A DNA stretch of 64,000 bases from the NCBI GenBank assembly GCA_001949185.1, contig BDGG01000003.1, positions 4,895,092 through 4,959,091 on the forward strand, given 5' to 3'. Source of the DNA: Ramazzottius varieornatus. Its lineage: Eukaryota; Animalia; Tardigrada. Shown in pieces: positions 39,928-50,600 of this stretch. Below the pieces are notes generated by a model. It saw only the letters and a program-made list of their open reading frames with translations. It ran no database searches and had not been told where the DNA came from. The translations under genes were made by a program, and so were the position numbers. Positions within the stretch are counted from its first letter, which is position 1, and every line of letters begins with the position of its first letter.

Positions 39928-41297
39928 CTATTCCTTCTCGAAACAACCGGTTCGATCCGTGTTATTCAGGGATAACGGGTTCTCTTCGGAGCTGCCTTTA
40001 GCTGAAGATTTGACCGACCGGGACTGTCGATACTGGCCCTTGTACTGACCCGCCACCAAGGGCGGCATACCCTCCACACCACGCGGAGCGTAGTAGGCCG
40101 CCGAGCCCGATCGCGAGTAGATGATCGGCGGTGCCACATTGACCGGCTGGCCGAACCCAACGCGACAACATTGAATCCACTCGATAGTGTACTCGAAGCC
40201 GCGGTACGGATTTTTCTTCTTGGCGGCGGCCACCATGACGTAACCTTGAGCGCAAAAGACCAGGTTGGCACTCTGGGCGTCGTAGTACTCCCAATACATG
40301 TCGTGAGTCGGCATGTAGTAGCAGGAGACATAGTCGATATAGTAGCCTGGATAAAGATGGTGCAGAGACAAGCTAAGCAATGTGGCGGTGTACGCAACCT
40401 CACCTGTCGGGGTCTTGCAGCATTTAATAGGCTGGAAATCGTCGTTCAAGCCGAAGGGGTCGCCCAGTACGGTACCATTTGTTTGGTAGATGTAAAAGTT
40501 TGAAGTTCGTGCCCATATTCCCGTCATGAATGTGTTGGACGTTTGAGAGTGGCGGTGCTGGTCGTAGCAGAAGTACTGGTCCGTCATGTTGCGCACATGA
40601 CACCTGAAACAGCAGGAGATAGCGCGCCAAATGATGGAAAGAATGGCAGATGTTCCGTCCTATGCTGGCTTTACTTACCCAGGGTAGTAGGGGTATGCGC
40701 CGTTGGAGTGAGGTTTCAGCGGGAAGGCAAATTTGCACCAGACAGTTTGTATCCTCTGACGAGAGGATTATGATACGTATTGGAATTCATAATTGTGGAA
40801 GAGGTTCCGTCACTTACAGAAAAGTCTGCCTGCCAGTCGCTGCAAAAAGAAACACCCTCAAGTTCTTTCAGATCGAAAGACCTGGTCTTGGAGAAAGCGA
40901 AATCCATCACTTACTTGATGCCAACCTACACATTAACACCATTATATGAGAGTAACGACGGGAGATATCGTAAGACAAAAATCCGTAAAGACGAGATCTG
41001 TCGGACAATACTTACAATGGCTTCTCCATCCATACATTCAACGTTCCATTTGCGGTGAGGCTCGAAGCTTCCTCCGTGCGCATGCAATGTCGATATCATG
41101 GTGTCACCCTGAGAATAGTCAACTAGTTGTAGAAATGAATTCCCAACTCCATGAGGAAACTGATGTGTCTTTACCGAACCAAAGGTGATATAGGTGTTGT
41201 AATATCGGTAAGAGCTCCACACGGGCCGGATGTGGGATAAAATTAGTCCCACGGCAAGAAGAAGATGCCGGAAACCAAGGGAAAGATCACACCACAT
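39928..41297 (-). CDS. Secreted Cys/Tyr-rich three-repeat protein, copy B
   Basis: MWCDLSLGFRHLLLAVGLILSHIRPVWS signal. Micro-exons at 40915-40925 (11 nt) and 40818-40839 (22 nt). Same architecture as copy A. Confidence 0.82.
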
Positions 41298-42010
41298 ACT
41301 GGCTTCGCATTGGAGTTATTGGCCGGATCCGGATGCGTTGCAAATTAAACCCACAACATTCGGGAAACAGATTCTCGAAGAATGTTAGCTTCACAGCTCA
41401 TATGACTTCAAATGGTACTAGAGCCGTGGTTTCAAGATCGGTTAGCTTTGCTTTGCATCGAAGCCGAATTTAGAAACTAATTTTGATACAGTTGATAGGA
41501 CGTCGTAATCTACAGGCACTATAAATATTTGGCGTGCTTTTGAGTGTTTGACGGTATTGTTATCAAATAGCGAAGGGAAAGGTGAGACCTCGTTTTCTGA
41601 CTTATAATTATCGCGCGAAACTAAAGCACTAAGTATGACTTGTGTGTAGTAATTACATCGAATAAAAGCAGCTTCAAAAGCTCACTATATCCAACTGTTT
41701 CCGTGTTAGATGTATCAAGCACGATCAGGCAGTGTGCGACGGACCGAAAACAGCGTCATTATTTCAGGCTATTCGATATTGTGAATTTGAAGCTCGGTAA
41801 ACAAGCTCCATGGGATCGTTTTCCCAAGTGGCGCACACTTCCAGCCAACAACACTGCAAATGTGCGCCAATTGAGGAATTTTTTCGAGGTCGTTTGCCGG
41901 GTTCCCCTTTATTCTCTCAGCCTGATCCAGTGGGTCTCCAATAAAGCGCATAGAACTACCATCACATCTCAACCCGACGAAAAGAGTAAGTACATCTAAG
42001 ATGCGAATGT

Positions 42011-43405
42011 TCATCTGGCAAGTTCTTTCAGATCGACGTAAAGCGTAAAGAGCTGATGCAGGGCTTCGAACCGATCATCGTATACAGGAATACCCACCAG
42101 TGCTAAAAAACCAATTCCAAATTTTCAACTCGGAAATTTTGCCACCAGATTTTGCCCAGGAGACTTTCAATGCGGACTTACCGCAGGTAATGTCGATGTA
42201 TTCTTCCAAGGTACAGTCCAGCTTTGAGAAAGCGTCAGGTACAGCTAGAAGGCGTTCCATATCGGCTGGCCAGGCCTGCATCAGAACTTCCGGCTTTCGT
42301 CTCGGTCTAGACCAACCAAAAAGTTTCCGTAGAACAACGGAATTCGAACGATCGAACTCCCTGAAACGAACACCACCTGATTGTGGAACACAGCTTACTT
42401 GGATAGGACGACTGACTTTGGGCGATTCTTCGTCTTTTTCAGCCCTTCCAGGAACGCTTCGATCTTCTCGTTGACACCAGGCAAGTTTGGGGAAGCAACG
42501 TCATCCTACAAAATGCATATAATGAAAGCAGATATCAAGGTATCTACCAGGTTCAGGTCTCGATCTAACTCGGTCTCGAACGTTGTGGTGCGAGGTTCCC
42601 AGCAATGGTTCGGCTGTAGATCTGGCTGATGGACCCCGTTCACTGGGTCTTCGAAGGAAGTGCTTCCGCAGCTCATCGTTCTGGGGCGGGTCGTCGGCCG
42701 TACCCTGCAAAAAGACCAGCCCATTTCAGGGATTTTGTCATCTACTGTGTCATTTAAATAACTTGAAAAAACAAGAAAATCATACGGGACCTCTGGAAAC
42801 AAGCCCGACAGGATCTGCTTCCCAAGTGGCGCACGACTCCCCCGACTACACGGGAAACGTGCGCCACTTGGGAAAGCGGGCAAACTCGGCAAGACTGCTT
42901 TCCCAAGTGGCGCACGCTTCCAGCAATAACACAGCAAACGTGCGCCAATTGCGGAATCTTGTCAGGTTTGTTTGCCGATCTTCCATAACATTGACCCCTG
43001 TGCGGTAGACTAATACAGGCTGTAACACTTACGCGCAGTGGACGCAATGGGCCTTTCGAAGGTCGTCTATTATCTCTGTAGTACCTGAACCAATCAAAGT
43101 GAACCATGGAAAGTTCGGTCCTTCTGTTACGCCAGATGGAAGCGTGCTTACTTGGGTTCTTCCTCGTTCAGCTGTTCGGCAGAGGGAGTTCGGGTAGGGT
43201 TGCCGCCGGCACTACTCTTCGGTTGCTGCCCACGAGCCACAATCGGCTACACAGACCAAAACACCAGCCTTGTGTAGTACTTCTGTTTGTCTGCTTTCAA
43301 GCTCCCCTCTACAGTTTGTATCATATCGCCAGAAAGACTGATCGAAGCGAAGTTGCTTACCTTCGATTCCATAAACCCAAATTCATCTTCTTCATCGGCA
43401 AACAT
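42011..43405 (-). CDS. IFT46: Divergent intraflagellar transport protein 46 (5' structure uncertain)
   Basis: EKIEAFLEGL..RPKSVVLSK|PRRKPEVLMQAWPADMERLL..LDCTLEEYIDITC|..GIPVYDDRFEALHQLFTLYVDLK matches the IFT46 C-terminal motifs (LMQEW..DCSL.EYID.IC..DIPV..SLH.LFSLY). Confidence 0.72.
42808..42965. repeat. Intronic hairpin repeat family, best-conserved dimer
   Basis: Perfect 17-bp stem TTCCCAAGTGGCGCACG (42819-42835) / CGTGCGCCACTTGGGAA (42858-42874) with a 22-nt loop. Next unit starts 81 bp later. Other units at ~41812-41890, 44008-44087, 45358-45440. Confidence 0.9.
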
Positions 43406-44454
43406 TGCTGGTTTCGATCCAGATAAACGATGATCTGAAATAACAATACAGTCAATGATATACCAAAAATGTAGTTTAATCCGAGACAGAAAACTGGAAG
43501 ATGTTCGCAATGATTCAAGAAAAAGGGGAAGAGGATAAAATCTGAATACGGCGATGCTATCACAGGCACATACGAGATTCAAACGTAGGAGAAACGTCTT
43601 CCTCCTCAGAGCTGGTAAGAGCAGCTTCCTCGCTCAGCTTTTGCCGCCGCTGGCTTTCCGGCGAAGGAGCTTGGTTTCCGCGTAGAAGCTCTCTCTCCCG
43701 CAGGCTCATGCCACCACTGCCTCGCAAAGCCATACGTAATAATCCTGATCTGAATTGATGAAAAATTTGCATGGGCTAGTCACGTTATGAATCGATAAGT
43801 AATTAGGCCAGTTTCACGCTGAAGACAAATGAATCAGAAAAGGTTATGCAGCGAGCGGAACACAGTAAATGGAGCAGTCCACAGGTACACAACACACCTG
43901 GAGGCAATTTCCTAAAACTAGACTTGGACATGCAAAATTGCGTGTGCGTGCTCTTGAAAGCCTTTTGGGGATTATAAGCCCGTATGGGAGCCCGGCAAAC
44001 AAGACGTACGAGGTCGTTTTCCCAAGTGGCGCACGCTTTCATTGCTGATGGCTGACAGCGTGCGTCACTGGAGATGACAATCTTGTACGTGGCAGAGACT
44101 TCAAACAGGTGAGACTAATCGATACCACCTCATCGATCCGAAAGCCGGTGAGCCACGTTCCTTCCTCCACCGCACTGGATCAAGTGCGTCACTGGTCTGG
44201 ATGGGGAGCAATTTTCAGGGTCCTCGACATAGTCGACAAGACGACGTGGAGTGGAAGTTTTGCTGACTAGAGTCTACAGTCCGTCACACTCTATCGTACG
44301 GGCTATAGACACTACTCGACAAACTTATCCTTCTTTTGTTCCACTCCAGGCGGAGCTATTCAGCAAACAGAATTTTTTTAAAAACGCCATTTGACGGACA
44401 CATGATACGCAAAAAGAAGCTTCAAGTAACAGGCAAATATGCTCGTGCTTTGTG

Positions 44455-45837
44455 CTAAGGCGGTTCTTCGACGACGATATCCTCCCTAATTTCGGCAACA
44501 TCCGGTCTGTCCCGAAATGCAGTGTGCAGTGCCTTCTGGAATCTGAAACACAATATTCCGTATGAACCTATTCGGGCGAATGTACGGTGTAATATTATAG
44601 AAGCTCAACAGCACACAGAAGTGACTGGTCGATGACTCAACGAAAAGCTATCGCAAGAACAAGCAAAACTCACCTCTCACTCTGGAGCGAGTTCTTGAGG
44701 ATTTTGCATGTTATATCTTCCGCCAATAGTGCGAAGCTCTAGAGCAATAAAGAGAAAAAATGGCCCCACTTCGAGGCGACGCGGATGCAAGGGCAGCTTG
44801 CTTTCCAGCAAACCCGATTTTCCGGAAGGAGAAAACCTACCAACCTCTTCGGACACGATGAAAGTGCGATTCAGCGCTATGGGCATATCCAAATGCAAGG
44901 TAGACCTGATCGCCTATGATAATAACACAGTGATAGAACTCAAGGTACATGAAAACGGTCGGAAGATTCAACTCTGCAGGTGTTTGCTCACCACGTGGAT
45001 ACCAAAGCCTTCTTTGCCTTTCCTTCTTACGGTGATTCCGGAATTCCTAAAGCCTGCTTGAACGCTCAACGCATGCTGCGGAAAGAATAAACATTGATCA
45101 CACTGAGACAAAAGTTCGGAACGAAGAAGAGCATCAACATACCAGAGTTTGGGCGTCCGACAAAGTGCGACAGCGAATATGGAGAATGAAGGGCTCAAAT
45201 TTTAAGGCCACATTAGATGCGGCATTTCCATCCTTCTTCAGCTTCCGTAATGCCGATATCTACTCTAGGAATAACAAAACTGTTTTACCACTAGACGAAG
45301 TCAGTGGTGCAGAAACGAAACAAGAACACTGTTGACTCAGAGCTCGGCTAACAAACTCGACCCGATCGTTTCCCCAAGTGGCGCACGCTTCTAGCCAATT
45401 TAACCTAACACGTGCGTCAGTTGGGGGAAACGATTTGGTTGTGTCCGTTCATCGCTCCCAGCTTACGAAAGCCTCCTGGTTGAAATCGTGTTCGTGAGCG
45501 ACATAGTGCCAGACGCAATCCCCCTTTCCCTCTCCTTCCTGCAACGAAAGCCACCACATACGAAAGTACGCGCTGACTTAGCCAAAACCTTAGCACTTAC
45601 TCGAGAGTACAACATGGTTCTGCCGGAGCAAGAGCTGGTGGAAAGATAGGCAGGTAGGCTGTTGATGAATTCCAGGACGTCTTGGATTTCCACGTCAAAC
45701 GATCCTTTTCGGCTGTTATCCGGAACGATGCTGCTTCCGGTGCAGAGATCCCTGATAACTGCATCCTTCTCCGCGCCAAACTTTTTGTCGTAAACTGTGG
45801 AGAGAACATCCTGTGCCTGCGGAGCAAGCTTGGCCAT
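44455..45837 (-). CDS. TYW3: tRNA wybutosine-synthesizing protein 3 methyltransferase, multi-exon
   Basis: DNSRKGSFDVEIQDVLEFINSLPAYLSTSSCSGR; WHYVAHE; LKFEPFILHIRCRTLSDAQTL; AGFRNSGI; AIRSTLHLDMPI. Confidence 0.92.
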
Positions 45838-46218
45838 CTTTCTCTCGTACGGGAAGAGATGATTGCGCAACACCTCAAAACATGTTCGATCAACTGATCA
45901 AATTCAGTGCACTCTGTGGCTCCACAAGGTGGTATTGCAGTCTGAAAATCAAGTAATCACGGCTCACGTCACGCATTGGAATCCGCAGCGTCCAAGATGA
46001 TTTCGTCATCGTCCAACGATCATGGTGCGCGACACGTGTCATTTCTGATTGCTTGATTCTACCATGCCACGTTCTTGAATGTTGAATCGTTGATGTGCCA
46101 GAGTCCAGACTGCCAGACGGACCGGAAGTCGCACTTTTCCTTTAATCTCGCTCATCTTCTCACAGTCCCTTACTCGATAACCGAACTAGGGGATTAGGAA
46201 CCCACTCTACACTTCGTC
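45838..46218. promoter_or_regulatory. Probable bidirectional promoter region between TYW3 and TRPT1
   Basis: 381 bp between divergent ATGs. ETS-type ACCGGAAGT at 46121-46129 and CACGTG near 46033. Function inferred only. Confidence 0.5.
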
Positions 46219-46866
46219 ATGAAGGGCGCCAGACTGCGTGGGTTCAAGCATGACAGTCCCGAAGTACGGACGTCCAAGACGCTCAGTTGGATACTTCGCC
46301 ATGGCGCTGTGGATCGCGGCATACAGCTGACGAAAGATGGCTACGCAAAAGTAGATGACATTCTCTCCCAGTTAGAGTTCAGTACGACCACCGTAGAGGA
46401 TATCCGCAGGTTGGTTCGAGAAGACAAGAAGACTCGTTACTCTCTACGCGACGACAACGGTGTCCTGCTGATATGCGCTAATCAAGGCCACAGCATTCCT
46501 GTCGAGGAACTCTCCCTGAAACCTATAACGTCAAGCGAAGACTATCCACAAGTCATCCATGGAACGTACAGGAAGAACATGAAGAGTATCCTGAAAAGCG
46601 GGTTGAAACCGATGACTCGGAATCATATCCACTTTAGCAAAGGGGAGCCTTCAGCTGATATGGCCGTAAGCGGAATTCGTGCCAACTGCGATGTGCTGAT
46701 TTACCTTGATGTGGACAAAGCTCTGAAGGATGGTATTCCGCTGTTCGAGTCGGCCAATGGTGTGGTGCTGAGTCCTGGGAATGCTGATAAATGTATACCG
46801 TCGACTTACTTCCTGAAAGTGGTGGATAGGGTCCACGGGAAGCTTGTTCCTGCACCCAACAAGTGA
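46219..46866 (+). CDS. TRPT1: tRNA 2'-phosphotransferase (Tpt1/KptA family), single exon
   Basis: SKTLSWILRHGA, DKKTRYSL, ICANQGHS, IHGT, MTRNHIHF, SANGVVL motifs. Intact 215 aa. Confidence 0.96.
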   Translation: MKGARLRGFKHDSPEVRTSKTLSWILRHGAVDRGIQLTKDGYAKVDDILSQLEFSTTTVEDIRRLVREDKKTRYSLRDDNGVLLICANQGHSIPVEELSLKPITSSEDYPQVIHGTYRKNMKSILKSGLKPMTRNHIHFSKGEPSADMAVSGIRANCDVLIYLDVDKALKDGIPLFESANGVVLSPGNADKCIPSTYFLKVVDRVHGKLVPAPNK

Positions 46867-47627
46867 ACAGGTCTATTGTCCCTGGTACTTCCTGCTAGTT
46901 GGTCGATATGTCTCACCGTTTATCAAATCTGTGTTCCAGAGTTTTCCACCAAATATCGATGTCCTTAATGCCAGACCCTACTACTTTCGTGGTGCGGCAC
47001 TAGAACATGCCCAAATTTGAGTGATTTCCTGTTGATACTGTACTACAGTAGTTGCGCTTTTGATGGTGTCTCGGGTACGTTCATCAGTGGCAGCGCGCAA
47101 CAGCAGGGGTAAACAATCCACCTACAGGAATCCAGTCGATGGTAATAACGGTCCCTGAAACAAGTGGCGGACAATCCCAGCTCATGTTTAATCCAAAACT
47201 TTACAAACATTGCCTCGAACCGTATGAACAACCCGCGTACCCGATGCTGGAGTCTTAGGTTAGTACGCAAAGAATGATCCTCCTGCTTGTCTGAGCCCGA
47301 ATCCGCTTTGAGTCTTTTCTAACTGATCTGATTTTCTTCTCCTTCCATATCACAAGCTGGAACGATACCTGGAAATTCGACTGTAAATTTTATGCTGATG
47401 GACAAAGCAACATGAGCCTAACCAACACGTGAACGCAAAAAGCTCTTCCAGAGCTATCAATAAAATTACCAAAAAGCTGCACAAAAGAATCAAGGTACAA
47501 GATCAGGTCAATCCAGGAAAAGCTGCAGTAAACTATTGTAGCGCGTACAGTAAAAAACAACAAACCGAGAGGCATCAGAGCACAAAAGCACAGAAGTGAT
47601 TATTGTGACCATGGACCAGCGAAAGAG

Positions 47628-50600
47628 CTAAGAAGTGGATAAGGCCAGCATGGACTTTGGATAGATGAGCGCTGCACAAGTTAGCTCTTTATCCCTCAGG
47701 ATCGACTCACTGGGTGTAGACAGCACCCGAATCAAGGGTGGAGGAGGAAGAGGAACAAGCGGAAGTGGAGGAACTTGGAGGACGACACTGGCCAGCGGCT
47801 CGTGCGGAAGGCTGTCGAGGATAAGCGGGCTGACTTGCAGTCCGTCACTGTCGTCGGAACACCGTGAAGAACTCTTGGGTGTGAGGGACTCACAGGAACT
47901 CTGGTCAGACAGACTGTAGTAGGCCAGCTCCGAGTCGGGACTTTGGCCTCGTGGCTTGTTGGGAAGGTCCGAGTTGCGGGGTGTGATGTCTTGGTCGTCG
48001 TCACTGTTGGAGAGATCGTCGAGGTCGCCGGGCTGTAGGGCAACGACGGGAACGCAGTGGTGCCAGCTGGAAGACTCGTAACATGTTGTTGGACCCGCAG
48101 ATCTCTGAATCTACAACGAAGAATACTATGATGTGTAATGTCTCGACGAAATGAAAGAGATCATTTTTCCAAGTGGCGCACGTTTTTGGTGCTGATGACT
48201 GGAAATGTGCGCCACTGCGAAAAGCGATTGTGTTGAACTCGATAAGTTTTCGCAGATGGTGCACGTTCTCAACATTATCATCCGGAAGCTTGCGCCACTT
48301 TGGAAGATAGACTTGTCGAGCTCGTTTGCCCAGGGATACACTAATTAGACTGACCTGTCCAAGTGGTATCTTCCTGACGGCGTTTGGTGAAGCCGGGCAC
48401 GAGTGCGAGTTCTTAAAAGCCGGAATGGGTACACCCAAGTTGAGTTTCTCCGTGGTCGGTCTAACGACCAGCGGAGCTTCGAACACGGTCGGGCTGAGAC
48501 TGCTGCTGTACCCCACAATCTTCTTATTCCCGTCCCTGTACTCTTCCGACAGCAAGGTCGCTTGCGAGAAAGGGTTCACCGTCGACGGGACGTAGTGCGG
48601 ATCAGCGCGACTCATGTGTTCCCCCACACATCGATTCTGGGCGGCATTGACATCAACCAGGTCGACATACGCCAGACTCGTTGACCTTCTCGAATGTCTG
48701 GGTTGTATACTAGACGTGGACTTTCTTCTTGTAGGTCTGAGCATCTGTACATCATCGAGGAACTTGTGTGGCCTGATGCCCGCTTGGACTAGTTCATTAC
48801 GGTCTCGTTGTTTTCTCAGTATTTCTCGGAGGCATTTCTCTAATTCCCTGAAAGGTGGTCTGGATTTCGGCTCGACCAAACAGCATTTGAATGTGAGCTG
48901 GAGGAAGTCTGGTGGACAGTCTTGTGTCATTTCACTGAAAGCTACGTAGTCCACACCAAAGTTCTGCGTACGGGGAAGCACGTCCGGGTCGGAGGCGATG
49001 CGGGCGATGAGCTCGCAGAGGATGATGCCGAAGGAGAAGATGTCGGCTCGCTCGTCATACCATTTCCCCGTAAGGGTTTCGGGCGCCATGTACCAGGGCG
49101 AACCTACCGTTGGCAGCCGTACCAAATTTCGTTTCCTGAACAAACAACCAAAATAATTATTATCATGAAAAATAAAATTCATGCTGAGAGGTTGAGAATT
49201 TCAGTGACGTACAGTGGGTCAGGAATTTTGTCAGCCAGGCCGAAATCGCCCACGACAGCACTTGGACTTTGGTTGACGACTTTGACGAGGATGTTCTTGG
49301 ACGTCAGGTCGCGATGAAAGACGCTTTTCGAATGTAGGTAACTTAGGCCTCGTGCGGTGTCCAGGGCGAGTTTGATTCTCAAACTCCATACGAAGGACTT
49401 GGACGAATCTTGGATCCATTCTTCCAGACTACCACCGTTCATGTACTAAAAACCAAAAGATGTTATCATTTTCATTAGGTGAAAAAGGATTCAAAACAGC
49501 CTGAAAGCACTCTTAAGGGAGGCAATCGGGGTACAGCCACTGCGCGAGCTGATCAGGGTGTTTAACCTTCACCGCTCAGATCAACTGGCGCATAATGACT
49601 TCTCCGTTCAACTCGCGCATCTCTTTGGACATGGTTCTTTCACCGTTCTAACCTCGGTGAGTGCGTGTAGGCAACCAGCGTGGACACAAACTCCACGAAA
49701 CCTGCAAGAACAAAGACCACAAGTGGATTAAAAACAGATTGAGTTTGCAATCTTTCACGACCGCGATCTCGAACATTCCATCTTGAGAACGTTTCAAGTA
49801 GCGGTCGCCACTTAACAGGCCAGCGCCACCAGATACGTGGGCAGCCTATCTGTTCTCACCGAGCTCTTCACCATGTTTCTTGCGCATTACTGTGGCTTGA
49901 GTGTCAAGAGCAGCCATTTTTTCGGTTTGACGACACCGCACCACATCCAAATTCAAGTGCGAATGAATCGTCTTTGCGTGACTAAGAAATCCTCTTCTGG
50001 TCAAACGCACGGACGGAACCGCGTGGTTTGACATTTTTACAGGCCTACTTCAAGCTTCACCGACTCACTTGTCGTCGAACTGTCTTACCGTAAAATATTC
50101 GGATGTTTCAACCGGTTCATCAACTGGACTTCACGCAAGACATTCGGGCGGTTGCTCAGGCTGATGTTCATCTTCAGGACCATCACTTGTCCCGTCGTTT
50201 TGTGCCGAACCTGCAAAATAAAACCCAAAGTTTACTTGAGAGTCTTTCCCGGCTGAAATTGAATGAAATCGAACCTACACCGCGACACCGACCGTAAATG
50301 AAAGTGGTAAACGATACGTCCAAGATCGTTGTGTCAAGTGGCGCAAATTTCCATTGATATTAACTGAAAGCGTGCGCCACTTACGACAACAATATTATGC
50401 GTTTGCGTGTCTGCCTCCCTATTCAACACGCTGTTTTGAATGGTATCAGTCAATCAATGTATCTCATTCGCGTTTCATTGGCCGGAAAATTCATTGTGAA
50501 TCTACTGCAACAGCTCATGACATCCGGCCTCATCCATCTTCCGTCTTTCCTGACAGAAGTTTTCCTCAACGATTTGATAACTGTCCAGCGCTGAAGCGAA

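Noticed and set aside
43560-44240. Possible additional 5' exons of IFT46 or a small separate gene
   Set aside because: I could not join them in frame with confidence.
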